From: an uncultured Pseudomonadales bacterium
GTDB taxonomy: Bacteria; Patescibacteriota; Microgenomatia; UBA1400; RBG-16-45-19
DNA length: 64,000 bases
Assembly (NCBI GenBank): GCA_964441155.1
Contig: CAYYKL010000001.1
Location: forward strand, 216,393-280,392
Direction: 5' to 3'
In this document: positions 9,946-20,341 of the stretch, piece by piece
Layout: each line of letters starts with the position of its first letter
How positions within the stretch are numbered: position 1 is the first letter of the stretch
Translations under genes and position numbers: made by a program
The notes under the pieces: generated by a model
What the model was told of the DNA's origin: nothing
The model's input: only the letters and a program-made list of their open reading frames with translations
Database searches by the model: none

Positions 9946-11304
9946 ATGACCCACACACGTCCTCGACATACCACTATTCACGGTTTTACCCTCGTTGAAA
10001 CTCTGGTGGGATCGGCGGTTTTGTTTATCTTTTTCGCTGCCATCGCTATAATTTTGCAGCTAGCACTGCGATCTTTGGCCGAATCAAAAGTAAGAACCGT
10101 GGCTGCAACCCTTGCCTCTTCTCGACTTGAATTGGCAAAAAATGTACCCTTTGCTCAAGTCGGAACCGTTGGCGGAATTCCTGCTGGCAGTCTCGATTCA
10201 AACGAAACACTAACACTTAACAACCAAAACTTTTCTATTGTCACCACAGTTGTCTACATCGACGATCCTTTTGATGGTGTGGCTCCTGCTGATGTTTTGC
10301 CCATAGATTACAAGCGAGTTAAAGTTGCCGTCAGCTGGGACGGACCATTTGCACCCTCAACTCCAGTTATTGCTAGTACTGATGTCGCTCCCAAAGGCTT
10401 GGAAGACGCGTCAGGAACTGGCACGCTTTCGCTCTCAGTCGTTGATGCGCAAGGGTCAGCTCTGGCAAATGCTAGTGTTTCCATTGAAGCACCAACACTG
10501 ATTCCACCGATTGACCTCGACACACTTACCGATGCCCAAGGCAAAGTGATGTTGCCTGGAGCACCTCAGTGCATCGAATGTTATTCCATCCGGGTCACAA
10601 AAACAGGATATTCCACTGATCGCACGTACAACAGCACTGAAGTCACCAATCCCGCTAAACCACCTGCCAGCATAATCGAAGCTCAAGTGACACACCTCTC
10701 CTTTGCGATTGATCAGCTCTCAACTTTAACCCTTCGGGCTGTTCGTAATCAGGCAGCCAACTACGCCCCATTTCAAGGTGTACAAATGAAGATAACCGGC
10801 AGCAAAGAAATCGGCCGAACTGCCACCGACGATCCAGTGTATAAATATGATGCCAATCACGCCACTGGTTTTGGAGGTGTCGTGGTGGTGCCTAATCTCG
10901 AATGGGACGCATACACGATTGAGCTCCCAAGCGGATCATCGGTTGATATGGCAGCATCTTGGCCATATTCTCCCCTGTTGCTCTCTCCTGCAACTGCTGC
11001 CGATTTCACCATGGTGGTGCAAGCAGCAACGCCGAACACGCTCTTGGTTCGTGCAACACTAGGCAACGGCTCTCCGATCGCTTCTGCATCAGTACAGCTC
11101 ACCAATATCGCCACCGGCTCACTCGCAACTGCATCCACCGGCATTGCACCCAATCCTGATATTGCCCAAGCATTTTTCCCGAGTCTCTCAAGCGCACAAC
11201 ATTTCTTAAAAATTATTGCGAATGGTTACGAAGAAGCCACTGCTTCAGTTTCCATTGTCGGCGACAAACTTGAAACCTTTATACTTAATCCGGTGTTACC
11301 CTAA
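9946..11304 (+). CDS. prepilin-type N-terminal cleavage/methylation domain protein (large minor pseudopilin, PilV-like)
   Basis: N-terminal motif GFTLVETLV followed by a hydrophobic helix (class III signal peptide). 452 aa with a long Ala/Ser/Thr-rich C-terminal region. TAATG overlap with the next gene. Confidence 0.65.
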   Translation: MTHTRPRHTTIHGFTLVETLVGSAVLFIFFAAIAIILQLALRSLAESKVRTVAATLASSRLELAKNVPFAQVGTVGGIPAGSLDSNETLTLNNQNFSIVTTVVYIDDPFDGVAPADVLPIDYKRVKVAVSWDGPFAPSTPVIASTDVAPKGLEDASGTGTLSLSVVDAQGSALANASVSIEAPTLIPPIDLDTLTDAQGKVMLPGAPQCIECYSIRVTKTGYSTDRTYNSTEVTNPAKPPASIIEAQVTHLSFAIDQLSTLTLRAVRNQAANYAPFQGVQMKITGSKEIGRTATDDPVYKYDANHATGFGGVVVVPNLEWDAYTIELPSGSSVDMAASWPYSPLLLSPATAADFTMVVQAATPNTLLVRATLGNGSPIASASVQLTNIATGSLATASTGIAPNPDIAQAFFPSLSSAQHFLKIIANGYEEATASVSIVGDKLETFILNPVLP

Positions 11305-12071
11305 TGAATACAACTCAATTTCGGCTCCGAAACCAAGCCGGCTTTACCTTCGTTGAAGTGATCATGGCTTCGTTTATTAGTGCCATGCTGGTCATTGGTG
11401 CCGCCCTCCTGTGGTACTACTTCACTTCGTCCTACAGTTTTTCGTTTGAGTTATCTCAGGCTCTTGAATTAGCACAATCGAATGTGAGCACTATGGTTCG
11501 AGAATTGCGTGAAGCGCAAATCGGCGAATCAGGTGAGTACCCCCTTGCTACAGCGTACGATGACGAATTAGTCTTTCATGGCGATATCGATAATGATGGG
11601 CTCGTCGAGCGAGTGCGGTATTATCTGGTTGGCACAACCCTAACTAAGCAAGTATTTAATGTAACTCCAGGCACCAAATCCTTTGCCTGTCTTGATAAGT
11701 GCGACGTTTGTCACGATGGACATGTGCTTAACATCGATGAGCATGCTTGGCCGGCTCACTATGCGCACGGCGATGAACTTGGTGCCTGCTCGGGTGGAGG
11801 TGGAGGTGAAACTCCCGGGGAGGAGCCATTGGCATTTGAGAGGATTGTTGCCGATTATGTGAGTAATGGTAGTACTCCTATTTTTAGCTACTATAATGGA
11901 AATTACCCCGGTGACAGCGTTAACAATCCTTTGATTTTAACCGAAAGACTCCTTGAAACCAGATTAGTAAAAGTTGCCTTAAGCATTGATCCCTCTTCAG
12001 GACCTGTTGGCGCGCAAGCCGTGTCAATCGAAAACTTAGCACATCTACGTAATCTGAAAGATAATTTATGA
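11304..12071 (+). CDS. minor pseudopilin (PilW-like) with a Cys/His cluster
   Basis: N-terminal GFTFVEVIMA prepilin motif plus TM. Contains CLDKCDVCHDGH and a GGGGG linker. ATGA overlap with the next gene. Confidence 0.6.
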   Translation: MNTTQFRLRNQAGFTFVEVIMASFISAMLVIGAALLWYYFTSSYSFSFELSQALELAQSNVSTMVRELREAQIGESGEYPLATAYDDELVFHGDIDNDGLVERVRYYLVGTTLTKQVFNVTPGTKSFACLDKCDVCHDGHVLNIDEHAWPAHYAHGDELGACSGGGGGETPGEEPLAFERIVADYVSNGSTPIFSYYNGNYPGDSVNNPLILTERLLETRLVKVALSIDPSSGPVGAQAVSIENLAHLRNLKDNL

Positions 12072-13462
12072 AATCAAAAAATGTAACTCGAGGCAGCATC
12101 TCACTCATCATTCTGCTATTTGGTGTGGTGATAAGTGTCGCTATCGGTGGATTGGTAATCATCACGTCAACGCAGTTTGGCTATGTGCAGCGCAATCAGG
12201 CTCGAGAAACTGCCTTGTATATTGCCGAAGCTGGAGTGCAATATTATCGCTGGCACTTAGCTCACAATCCCACGGACTATACTGATGGCCAGGGCACAGA
12301 CCCGGGCCCGTATGAACACGCCTTCGTCGACCCTCAAGGCGGACCTTTGGGCACCTATTCCCTCACCATCACCCCGCCCGATCCCGGCTCTAGTGTCGTT
12401 ACCATTGAATCAACCGGTTGGTCGAGTGCCTTTCCAGGGGTTAAGCGCAAAGTTAAAGCTCGATTCGGCATTCCTTCACTCGCTCAATATTCGTTCTTGC
12501 ATAACGCCAACGTCTGGTTTGGCAGCGGCATCACTGTTCACGGCAAAGCTCATTCTAATGGAGGCATACGTCAAGATGGCATCAACGATTCGATAATCTC
12601 AAGCTCCAAAGCCACCTACACTTGTGGCAGCGAAACTGGATGTTCCCCTTCGCAAACTAAGCCAGGCGTTTGGGGAACCGGCGGATCTAACGAATTATGG
12701 GATTTCCCGGTGACCGCTCTTGATTTTGATTCAATCAGCATTGATCTCAATACTATGAAAGCGGCGGCACAAGCTCAGGGCATCTATCGAGCCTCGGCTT
12801 CACAAGGCTATCATTTACGCTTTTTAAGCAATGGAACGGTCAATCTTTATGAAGTTACTCGAACCCAAGCCTGGAGAGGTTATGACTCAGACACCGATTG
12901 TGTCAATTTGAACCAACGGATTCAAACCGAAGTGTTGCGCGGCAACTACTCGGTCAGCGAAAAACGGATTTTCTTTTTGGAGGACAATGTGTGGGTTGAT
13001 GGGGTGGTCAAAGGCCGAGCTACGGTGGTTGCAGCCAAGTTCCCGCTTATTAGCAATAGCAAAGAAATCTGGATCAATGACAATTTGACCTACACCGTCA
13101 AAAATGGCGATGATGCTCTGGGTTTGATTGCTCAGAAAAACATTTATTTTGCGCGAAATATTCCCCAAGATTTTGAAATTGATGCGGCCATGATTGCCCA
13201 AAATGGCAAAATAATTCGTCACTATTACGGTTCATCATCTTGTGGAGGCAATACTCCCTATGCAGTGCGCAACAAATTATCAATCTATGGCGTCGTTATC
13301 TCCAAAGAAAAATCCTATTGGAATTGGGGCAGTCCTCCCCAATCAGGCTTCACCACTCGTGATGTTACCTATGACTCCAACCTTTTCCTCGATCCCCCAC
13401 CCTACTTCCCCGCCAGTGGAGAATATGAATTTATCTCTTGGGAAGAAGTGAATAGAGATTAA
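12068..13462 (+). CDS. PilX-like minor pilin / pilus tip-associated protein
   Basis: N-terminal TM, then ETALYIAEAGVQYYRW, which resembles the PilX_N motif. 464 aa. Confidence 0.5.
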   Translation: MKSKNVTRGSISLIILLFGVVISVAIGGLVIITSTQFGYVQRNQARETALYIAEAGVQYYRWHLAHNPTDYTDGQGTDPGPYEHAFVDPQGGPLGTYSLTITPPDPGSSVVTIESTGWSSAFPGVKRKVKARFGIPSLAQYSFLHNANVWFGSGITVHGKAHSNGGIRQDGINDSIISSSKATYTCGSETGCSPSQTKPGVWGTGGSNELWDFPVTALDFDSISIDLNTMKAAAQAQGIYRASASQGYHLRFLSNGTVNLYEVTRTQAWRGYDSDTDCVNLNQRIQTEVLRGNYSVSEKRIFFLEDNVWVDGVVKGRATVVAAKFPLISNSKEIWINDNLTYTVKNGDDALGLIAQKNIYFARNIPQDFEIDAAMIAQNGKIIRHYYGSSSCGGNTPYAVRNKLSIYGVVISKEKSYWNWGSPPQSGFTTRDVTYDSNLFLDPPPYFPASGEYEFISWEEVNRD

Positions 13463-13471
13463 GCACTTGGT

Positions 13472-13906
13472 TTAAATTAACTCATTCAAAGCTTTGTGTA
13501 ATTCTCGAGGTACATTTCGAATTGCTGCATTGCGTGCTCGCACTGTTGCATCCCTAACTTGACTCAATAACTTCAAATCCGTATTTATCCGAGCAATTCT
13601 CTCGGGCACAGAGCTATTATCTCGCCCTCTTGAAGAATTGACTGTGTTTAGTAGGTGTTCTTGCTCTTCCTGGCTTAAATGTGACAGATCACGGTCAACA
13701 TATGGTTGAAGTGGTGATACCTGTTCCAAGTAATTAACTCCGACACTATTCACTTCATCGACATGGAATCTTTCCATTGAATAGCGCAGCAGTGAGTTAA
13801 ATATTTGCAATGTCCAAATCTTATACTCTAATACCTGCTCCCCTGCAGCCACTACAATCCAATGTCCAGCGTTTTGCAAATGATTTACTGATTCTTTTAC
13901 TCCCAT
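13472..13906 (-). CDS. hypothetical protein (possible HEPN-like; R-x6-H near the C-terminus)
   Basis: 144-aa soluble ORF. RNVPRELH near the C-terminus fits an Rx4-6H pattern. No other recognisable motif. Confidence 0.3.
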   Translation of the reverse strand: MGVKESVNHLQNAGHWIVVAAGEQVLEYKIWTLQIFNSLLRYSMERFHVDEVNSVGVNYLEQVSPLQPYVDRDLSHLSQEEQEHLLNTVNSSRGRDNSSVPERIARINTDLKLLSQVRDATVRARNAAIRNVPRELHKALNELI

Positions 13907-13916
13907 TACTTGAAAA

Positions 13917-15119
13917 TTATAACCCTTGTTGCAAGTTCCCCACTACCGAATAGAGCGGGGCGATGATGGAAAGAATCATCGCTCCCACACCAATGCCAAC
14001 CAACAACATAAGAGTTGGTTCCAACAATTGAGTAGCTTTTTTAACCGATTCTTTGACTTCTTCTTCATAGAATGTGGCTAGGTCAGCCAAACTCACATCT
14101 AACGTACCCGATTTTTCCCCAGCCGCGATCATTTGTGTGAGAAGTGCGGGAAACACTTGATGCTCACGAAACGACGCGGCCAGAGTTTTCCCCTGTGAAA
14201 CTTCTTTGGGTAGTGGACCAGCCGCGAGCTTGTGCGCGGGGTAAGAAAGTGAATCAACGGCAATAGCCAAAGCCTCAGTCACTCCAACCGCCGCCGCCAA
14301 AAGGGTTGAAAATATGCGCGTGAATCGCGCCACGTCAACCTGTTTAATTAGCTGCTTAATCACCGGGAAGTTTGATGCGACACTTACCACCACCGCTTTT
14401 CCCTTTTTAGTGCGCACAATTACTGCCAGCACGACTACTGACAGCAGTGAGCCACCCATAATGAGCCAGCGATAGGCCGCCATATTCACTGCTGCCGAAA
14501 AAATGAACTTGGTGTAGTTTGGCAAGGGGATTGCCATATTCAAAAACACTTTGCCAATCTGAGGCATAATGAAAAACAACATCAGAAATCCGATAGCAAC
14601 CATTGCTAGAATGACGATCATTGGATACATGAGCGCCGATTTAACACTCGACTTAAGTTGATATTCGGCTTTGAGCTCTCGCTCCAGAAAAACAAATGAG
14701 TTAGCTAATGTTCCTGACACTTCACCCGCTTTGGTGAGGGTTACAAAAAACTGATTAAAGGTATCAGGAAAGGCTGCGAATACAGAAGATAAGCTTTTCC
14801 CTCGCTCAAGGTTATAGAGAATATCATCGAGGATTTGCCGCATCAGGGGGCTTTTCGTTTCTTCTTTGAGCACGGTCATACCCTCAGCCAATGAAAGGCC
14901 AGAATTTAACATGGTGGCCACATAACGACAAAAAGTAATCTTATCGACGTCAGGAATTGAGCCCTTCATTTTTTTGTGGTTATGCGTAGGCTTGAAACTT
15001 ATGGGGCTTAAACCTTGTTTCGACAACATCGTCGCGGCTTCGTATTCGCTTGCTGCCGCCAGCGTACCCGTTTTTATTTCGTTGTTACTATTACTTGCTT
15101 TATAGGCAAAGGTTGGCAT
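13917..15119 (-). CDS. pilC: type IV pilus platform protein PilC (GspF family)
   Basis: 400 aa with two GspF-like repeats and three TM segments. Directly downstream of pilB. Confidence 0.9.
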   Translation of the reverse strand: MPTFAYKASNSNNEIKTGTLAAASEYEAATMLSKQGLSPISFKPTHNHKKMKGSIPDVDKITFCRYVATMLNSGLSLAEGMTVLKEETKSPLMRQILDDILYNLERGKSLSSVFAAFPDTFNQFFVTLTKAGEVSGTLANSFVFLERELKAEYQLKSSVKSALMYPMIVILAMVAIGFLMLFFIMPQIGKVFLNMAIPLPNYTKFIFSAAVNMAAYRWLIMGGSLLSVVVLAVIVRTKKGKAVVVSVASNFPVIKQLIKQVDVARFTRIFSTLLAAAVGVTEALAIAVDSLSYPAHKLAAGPLPKEVSQGKTLAASFREHQVFPALLTQMIAAGEKSGTLDVSLADLATFYEEEVKESVKKATQLLEPTLMLLVGIGVGAMILSIIAPLYSVVGNLQQGL

Positions 15120-15142
15120 AATCCACTTTTCAAAAAAATTGT

Positions 15143-16855
15143 CTACTCTGTGGTAACGCGAATTATTTCGTCAATAGTTGTCAAGCCGGCACTCACTTTG
15201 TCGATGCCGTCAGTTATGAGCGTACTCATGCCTTGTTTGACTGCCATTTGCAAGATGTCGTCTTCGCTGGCTTTATCGACAATAAGCTTGCGAATATCTC
15301 GACTAATCTCCAGCATTTCATAGATACTCACTCGCCCTTTGTAGCCTGAATGAGAACACTCATCACATCCCTGACCAATAAAGACGTCGGTTAACGAGCT
15401 TGTTTTAGAAGGAGCGTTTTTTTGCACGAATTCTTTCATTTCTTGCGTTGGCTCGACCCGCACCATGCAGTTGGTGCACACACGGCGCACCAATCGCTGC
15501 GCAATCACAATATTAAGTGTTGAGGCCAACAAAAATCCTTGCACTCCCATATCAATCAAGCGCGGAATGGCGCCGATAGCCGAGTTGGTATGGAGGGTAG
15601 ATAAAACTAAATGACCTGTCAGCGCAGAATGAATGGCAATTTCAGCAGTATCGGTATCGCGAATTTCACCAATCATAATCACATCAGGGTCATGACGAAG
15701 AAGCGAGCGCAAACCTGCTGCAAACGTCAGACCAGCTTTGGGATTGACTTGGGTTTGATTGATGCGTCTAACACTATATTCAACTGGATCTTCAATGGTG
15801 CAAATTTTGCGCTCGGGAGAATTGAGCAAGTTTAGTACGGTATAAAGGGTAGTGGTCTTTCCTGAGCCAGTAGGTCCAGTGACCAAAATCATGCCATTGG
15901 GTTTTTGCACGTTGCTTTTTAACAAGGGCAAGTTGTAGCTTGAGACACCAAGTTCTTCAAGACTTAAGGGACGAGACGATTCGGGCAACAAACGCATAAC
16001 GATATTTTCACCAAAAAAAGCTGGCAAAATCGAAACGCGCAGCGCAATAAACGCCTCATGGATCTTGAATTTAAATCGACCATCCTGTGGCAAGCGATGC
16101 TCATCGAGCTTGAGCCCAGATAGTATTTTTATACGGGCCACTAGCGCGGGCTGGATCGCTTTGGGCAAAAGCGCAATGTCGCGCAATACGCCATCAACAC
16201 GAAAACGCAACAGTACATTGTCTTCCATGAGCTCCATATGCACGTCCGATGCGCCTTCTGCGCTGGCGTATTCGAGAATGGTGTCCAGGATTTTAATGAT
16301 GGGCACTTCCTCAGCCACTTGCTCCATATGGTCGAGATCAAGTTTGGCTTTATCCACATTTTCGCGCAATATGTCAGCAAAAATTGCTTTAATGTTGCGC
16401 TTGTATTGTCCGATTGATCGCGAAAAATCTGACTCAGTGATGTAGTGTGGAATCACGGCAAAATTTGTTTTTCGCTTTACAAACTCGATCGCCTCAATAT
16501 CTTGAGGATTTTCCATGCCCAAATGCAGCTCGTTAGCATTGAGTTCAAACGGCATGACCCTAAAGGATAATGCCGCTTGTTCTGGAACAAGCTGGAGCAA
16601 CTCCAGGGGAATGACTCGATTATGCAATGATGCGAACGGAACTTTGTAATATTCAGCAATTAGTTTTCCCAGAGCGTCTTCGGATATCAATCCTTTAAAG
16701 ACTAAAATATCTGCCAGGGATTTATTTAATTCTTCAGCCGTTTTTTGCGCTTGCTCAAAATCTTTTTGGGCAACAAAGCCACTACTCAGCAATATTTGGG
16801 CAAGTGTCTGGGCATTTAACATAGGTACTATTAAGTGTATAGAAAAATGAAGCAA
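15143..16855 (-). CDS. pilB: type IV pilus assembly ATPase PilB (GspE family)
   Basis: Walker A VTGPTGSGKTTTLYTVL; Asp/His boxes; tetracysteine motif CTNCMVRV...CDEC. 570 aa. Confidence 0.92.
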   Translation of the reverse strand: MLHFSIHLIVPMLNAQTLAQILLSSGFVAQKDFEQAQKTAEELNKSLADILVFKGLISEDALGKLIAEYYKVPFASLHNRVIPLELLQLVPEQAALSFRVMPFELNANELHLGMENPQDIEAIEFVKRKTNFAVIPHYITESDFSRSIGQYKRNIKAIFADILRENVDKAKLDLDHMEQVAEEVPIIKILDTILEYASAEGASDVHMELMEDNVLLRFRVDGVLRDIALLPKAIQPALVARIKILSGLKLDEHRLPQDGRFKFKIHEAFIALRVSILPAFFGENIVMRLLPESSRPLSLEELGVSSYNLPLLKSNVQKPNGMILVTGPTGSGKTTTLYTVLNLLNSPERKICTIEDPVEYSVRRINQTQVNPKAGLTFAAGLRSLLRHDPDVIMIGEIRDTDTAEIAIHSALTGHLVLSTLHTNSAIGAIPRLIDMGVQGFLLASTLNIVIAQRLVRRVCTNCMVRVEPTQEMKEFVQKNAPSKTSSLTDVFIGQGCDECSHSGYKGRVSIYEMLEISRDIRKLIVDKASEDDILQMAVKQGMSTLITDGIDKVSAGLTTIDEIIRVTTE

Positions 16856-16858
16856 GAA

Positions 16859-17233
16859 TTAAGAGGCGGGTGCAAGTAGAGACTGGATTGTGGCTACCAA
16901 TTGTGTGGGAGTGACATCAATTTTATTGAGAGCATGAGTTATGCCTAAGTTTTCTAATCGGGCAACTTGCTCAGCTTTTGAAACGGACGAAAAAACAATT
17001 TTTGGAATCGCTTTGGCTACTGGGTCAACACTTAATCGCTCCAAAAATTCAAAACCATTCATTTTTGGCATTAAAAGGTCAAGTACAATTACATCTGGCT
17101 TGTACGTCACTAAGTGTTGCAGCGCGATTTCACCATTAGTTGCAGTCACCACTCTATGACCATCCGCTTCAAGTCGGGTTGAATAGAGCTTTAATAAAAC
17201 TGAGTCGTCATCAATGAGAAGTATGTTTGCCAT
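16859..17233 (-). CDS. single-domain response regulator (CheY-like receiver), PilH/PilG-like
   Basis: MANILLIDDD...VIVLDLLMPKMNGFEFL shows the receiver acidic pocket, phospho-acceptor Asp and conserved Lys. 124 aa. Confidence 0.8.
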   Translation of the reverse strand: MANILLIDDDSVLLKLYSTRLEADGHRVVTATNGEIALQHLVTYKPDVIVLDLLMPKMNGFEFLERLSVDPVAKAIPKIVFSSVSKAEQVARLENLGITHALNKIDVTPTQLVATIQSLLAPAS

Positions 17234-17297
17234 GGCGCATTGACGATACCAGAATTAGACTTGCGAAGCAAACAATTTTTTTCGAAATCCATCTTAC

Positions 17298-18050
17298 TTA
17301 TACACGCATTGCCAAAGCTAGTGTAAGCAAGCCTATGATCAAGCAATAATAACCAAAATAATTCAGTTTCTGCCGAGTGATAACCAGTTGCAATAACTTG
17401 AGTGCGAACAAACTTGTTACAAACGATGCCGTAAACCCCCAGCCAACAATGGGCATAGGCACGTCAAGCGGAACACCTTTTATGACGTGGAGTCCAAATG
17501 CCCCGGCAATAGCGGGCACCGCCATTAAAAAAACGAAAGAAAAAGCTTGATCTCGATCAATTTTTTGCCATAAAGCCGCAGTGAGCGTGCTACCTGAGCG
17601 AGAAATTCCTGGACCAATAGCCAATGCTTGGAGAGTTCCAATGAGCAATGCTTTTTTGGCAGTCATGGGCTTTGGCTTTGGGTTTGTGTTCATAAATCGG
17701 TGAGCCAATATGAGAAAGCTACCGGTAATAAAAAATCCAATTCCAGCTACAAATAGATTGCGAAACAGTGATTCAAATAAAGGCTCTACCACCAATCCGG
17801 CTATGACTGCGGGAAAAGTTGCAATCGCCACGTAATAGAGTGTTTTGCGCGGAAGTTTCATCCAGCGAGGTAAAAAAAAGATAATTATGGCTGCGAGCGA
17901 AGCCACATGCAAAATGACATCGAAAAAAAGCGGTACATGCTTTAATCCCATGAGGTGCTGCACCAAAAGCAAATGGCCATCGCTACTAATAGGCAAAAAC
18001 TCAGTTAAGCCTTGGGTGATTCCTAACAAAAATGCCTGAAGAAATGTCAT
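17298..18050 (-). CDS. uppP: undecaprenyl-diphosphate phosphatase
   Basis: FLLGITQGLTEFLPISSDGHL motif. The internal Met (MTFLQAF) is chosen as start because it abuts the stop of the upstream gene. Confidence 0.85.
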   Translation of the reverse strand: MTFLQAFLLGITQGLTEFLPISSDGHLLLVQHLMGLKHVPLFFDVILHVASLAAIIIFFLPRWMKLPRKTLYYVAIATFPAVIAGLVVEPLFESLFRNLFVAGIGFFITGSFLILAHRFMNTNPKPKPMTAKKALLIGTLQALAIGPGISRSGSTLTAALWQKIDRDQAFSFVFLMAVPAIAGAFGLHVIKGVPLDVPMPIVGWGFTASFVTSLFALKLLQLVITRQKLNYFGYYCLIIGLLTLALAMRV

Positions 18051-18051
18051 G

Positions 18052-18762
18052 TTATTGCTTTTTAGTTTTGTACCATTGATCAATCAAATCGTGAATTAAG
18101 TCTTTAGAGCCCAAGCCCACGGCTAATCCAAAGGCCAAAGCAAGTGCTAATACAACTCCTGCAAAGAGCAATTCGATAAATACAGTCGCAATACCCAATT
18201 CACTCAATGCAATGAGTGTCGCGATAACCACAGTGGCATAACTACTCGATTTTGCGAGCAATCGGGCAGTGGGAACTTCTAACGATTTCAGTGAGCGCTT
18301 AACCCATGTTTCAAGCCAACCAGCAAAGACAACGCCGAGCACGAAAATGCTGCTCGCCACAACCAGACGCGGCATATAGGCCAAGAGATTAGCCAAAATG
18401 TCTGACAAAAAGACCATGCCCAACGTTTGAATAGCCACAATAGCAAAAACCAACACGACCACTGCCTGCAATATGCTACCAACGACTCCAGCTGGACTAA
18501 ATGGCAAATTTACCTGAGTTAAAAGAGTTGACGAAGTGCTGTGTTTAACCAACTCATCTAGCTTGGCTTGCTTAATGCCTCTCTCCACGAGGGTCTTTAA
18601 CCATTTTCCAATAATCCAACCAACTGTCAAAACGAAAAAAGCTGCCAGCGCTCGAGGCAAATAGGTAGTTGCTGTGGTTAATAGGTTACTAAATCCAAAA
18701 AGTATTGCTCCGCCGAGTGATGCAAAAAATGTGCTTGATTCCATAGTAACTGCCCTTTGCAA
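18052..18762 (-). CDS. membrane protein with repeated conserved TM-helix modules (mechanosensitive-channel-associated TM_helix-like)
   Basis: 236 aa, about 6 TM helices, two similar halves. Confidence 0.4.
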   Translation of the reverse strand: MQRAVTMESSTFFASLGGAILFGFSNLLTTATTYLPRALAAFFVLTVGWIIGKWLKTLVERGIKQAKLDELVKHSTSSTLLTQVNLPFSPAGVVGSILQAVVVLVFAIVAIQTLGMVFLSDILANLLAYMPRLVVASSIFVLGVVFAGWLETWVKRSLKSLEVPTARLLAKSSSYATVVIATLIALSELGIATVFIELLFAGVVLALALAFGLAVGLGSKDLIHDLIDQWYKTKKQ

Positions 18763-18866
18763 AATGCCTATAACTAGTCCTTAGTATACTGCTCTTTATG
18801 CGTTTTCACGAGTTCTTTGCTTATTGTTTATGCTCTTTATGAAATCAGAAATGTTGATACCTCATC

Positions 18867-19499
18867 TTGCATACTATGCTCACTTGCCACTATGCTTTAC
18901 TCATGCCCGATGGTTTTAGCTTCACTGGTGTGCAATCGGCACTTAATTTGAAAGGTGCGCTCGATGACGTGTCCAAGCGATCTTCAGGATCAAATGTCTA
19001 TGAACACGAATCGACTACCGTTGCCCAAGATATATTGACTCCCCGACATGACCCTCTAGCCAACTCGCTCAAACTCCAACCTAGTGATTTCAAAAAACTT
19101 GGAGTTGGAGACCTCGTCGAACTTAAACAACCAAATGGTGAGATCAAATATGGCTTGGTTAAGAACAAGCAAAATCAAGAACAAGTAGTTGAGTTTTCAC
19201 CAATTTCTGTGAATCAAGCCAGCACGATCCAGCACAATTTCCCCAACACTCACTACTTAGTCTTGAGCAAGTTTATGCCTGCACAAAGCTCAACCCTAAA
19301 TTGGTTTGGCTGGGATTTTTCAAAAGTGGAAACGCTTATTGCAGCCTTTACCGATTATTTTTTGGCACTAATGGAAAAGGTCGTGGGCAAACAACTGAGT
19401 CGCGTGGAGCTGGAGAGCAAAGGCCTCGCATTGCTTATTGCGCTCATTGTGCTATTCGGCTTGGCCTTTTGGGCATATTTTTTGTGGCAACAGTTTTAA
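18867..19499 (+). CDS. hypothetical C-terminally anchored protein
   Basis: 210-aa ORF with a C-terminal TM (GLALLIALIVLFGLAFWAYFLW). Confidence 0.35.
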   Translation: MHTMLTCHYALLMPDGFSFTGVQSALNLKGALDDVSKRSSGSNVYEHESTTVAQDILTPRHDPLANSLKLQPSDFKKLGVGDLVELKQPNGEIKYGLVKNKQNQEQVVEFSPISVNQASTIQHNFPNTHYLVLSKFMPAQSSTLNWFGWDFSKVETLIAAFTDYFLALMEKVVGKQLSRVELESKGLALLIALIVLFGLAFWAYFLWQQF

Positions 19500-20341
19500 T
19501 CAACCTTGCCCACGATAAAAACACCATCAAAGTCTGAATCTGCCGATAACTGTGAGCTGCTTGAAGCGACAGTATACGTTTCCGACAGAGCAGCTGAGAC
19601 ACTAGCCACCACATTCTCGTGTTCTGGTTTAGTGATAAATTGATAGCCAACTTCAGTCAAGGTTGGGTCGACAACCGCATCAACAACTTCTAGATTGAGC
19701 GCAACAAGTGCCGCCGTAATTGCCTCGACCTGAGCTTGTTGACTTTCCACATATCTAATTCTGACTTTGAGCTTTTGAGGTGTAACTTCTGCAGAAGGAG
19801 AGCCCTCCGGGGTAACTTGTGACGCATTTTGCTGGGGAATAATGTGCGCAAGCCAACTCTTGAGAGCAGAAATATCTGGTTTTCCCAGGGCAACAAGCCA
19901 CATTGCAAGAATTGCCACGCCAGCCAACAAAAGGAAATACTGCTTACGAATTCTTATTACCAGAAATTCACCCGAACTATTTTCGGCAATTTGCTTGTCA
20001 ATAAGTTGGGCTAATTTGGCCGACATTTCTTGTTGGCTTAATGGAGTTTTTTCGCTTGCTGGAGATTCCACTTTGCCATCTGATTTTGGTTCCTTTTGCT
20101 TGCGTTTAAACAATCGCTTAAACAATCCAGGCTTTTTCTCTATTTTCGCCGCTTGGGCAATTTCAACTTTTTCACTGGTTATAAGTTGGGGCTCAGTTGA
20201 TTTATCCACTTCGTCGGACACATCAGCAACAGGAGGAGCTGCGGGTGCAGGTGGAGTTGCCGGAGCTTCAGGCGCTTGTGGCGCTGGCTCAGGAGTTGAA
20301 GGTGGTGTTTCTGATTCGTGCTTTTTTTCTTCTTCTGCCAT
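19496..20341 (-). CDS. hypothetical membrane protein with a Pro/Ala-rich low-complexity N-terminus
   Basis: N-terminus PPSTPEPAPQAPEAPATPPAPAAPP, one TM, and a C-terminal globular domain. Confidence 0.4.
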   Translation of the reverse strand: MAEEEKKHESETPPSTPEPAPQAPEAPATPPAPAAPPVADVSDEVDKSTEPQLITSEKVEIAQAAKIEKKPGLFKRLFKRKQKEPKSDGKVESPASEKTPLSQQEMSAKLAQLIDKQIAENSSGEFLVIRIRKQYFLLLAGVAILAMWLVALGKPDISALKSWLAHIIPQQNASQVTPEGSPSAEVTPQKLKVRIRYVESQQAQVEAITAALVALNLEVVDAVVDPTLTEVGYQFITKPEHENVVASVSAALSETYTVASSSSQLSADSDFDGVFIVGKVD

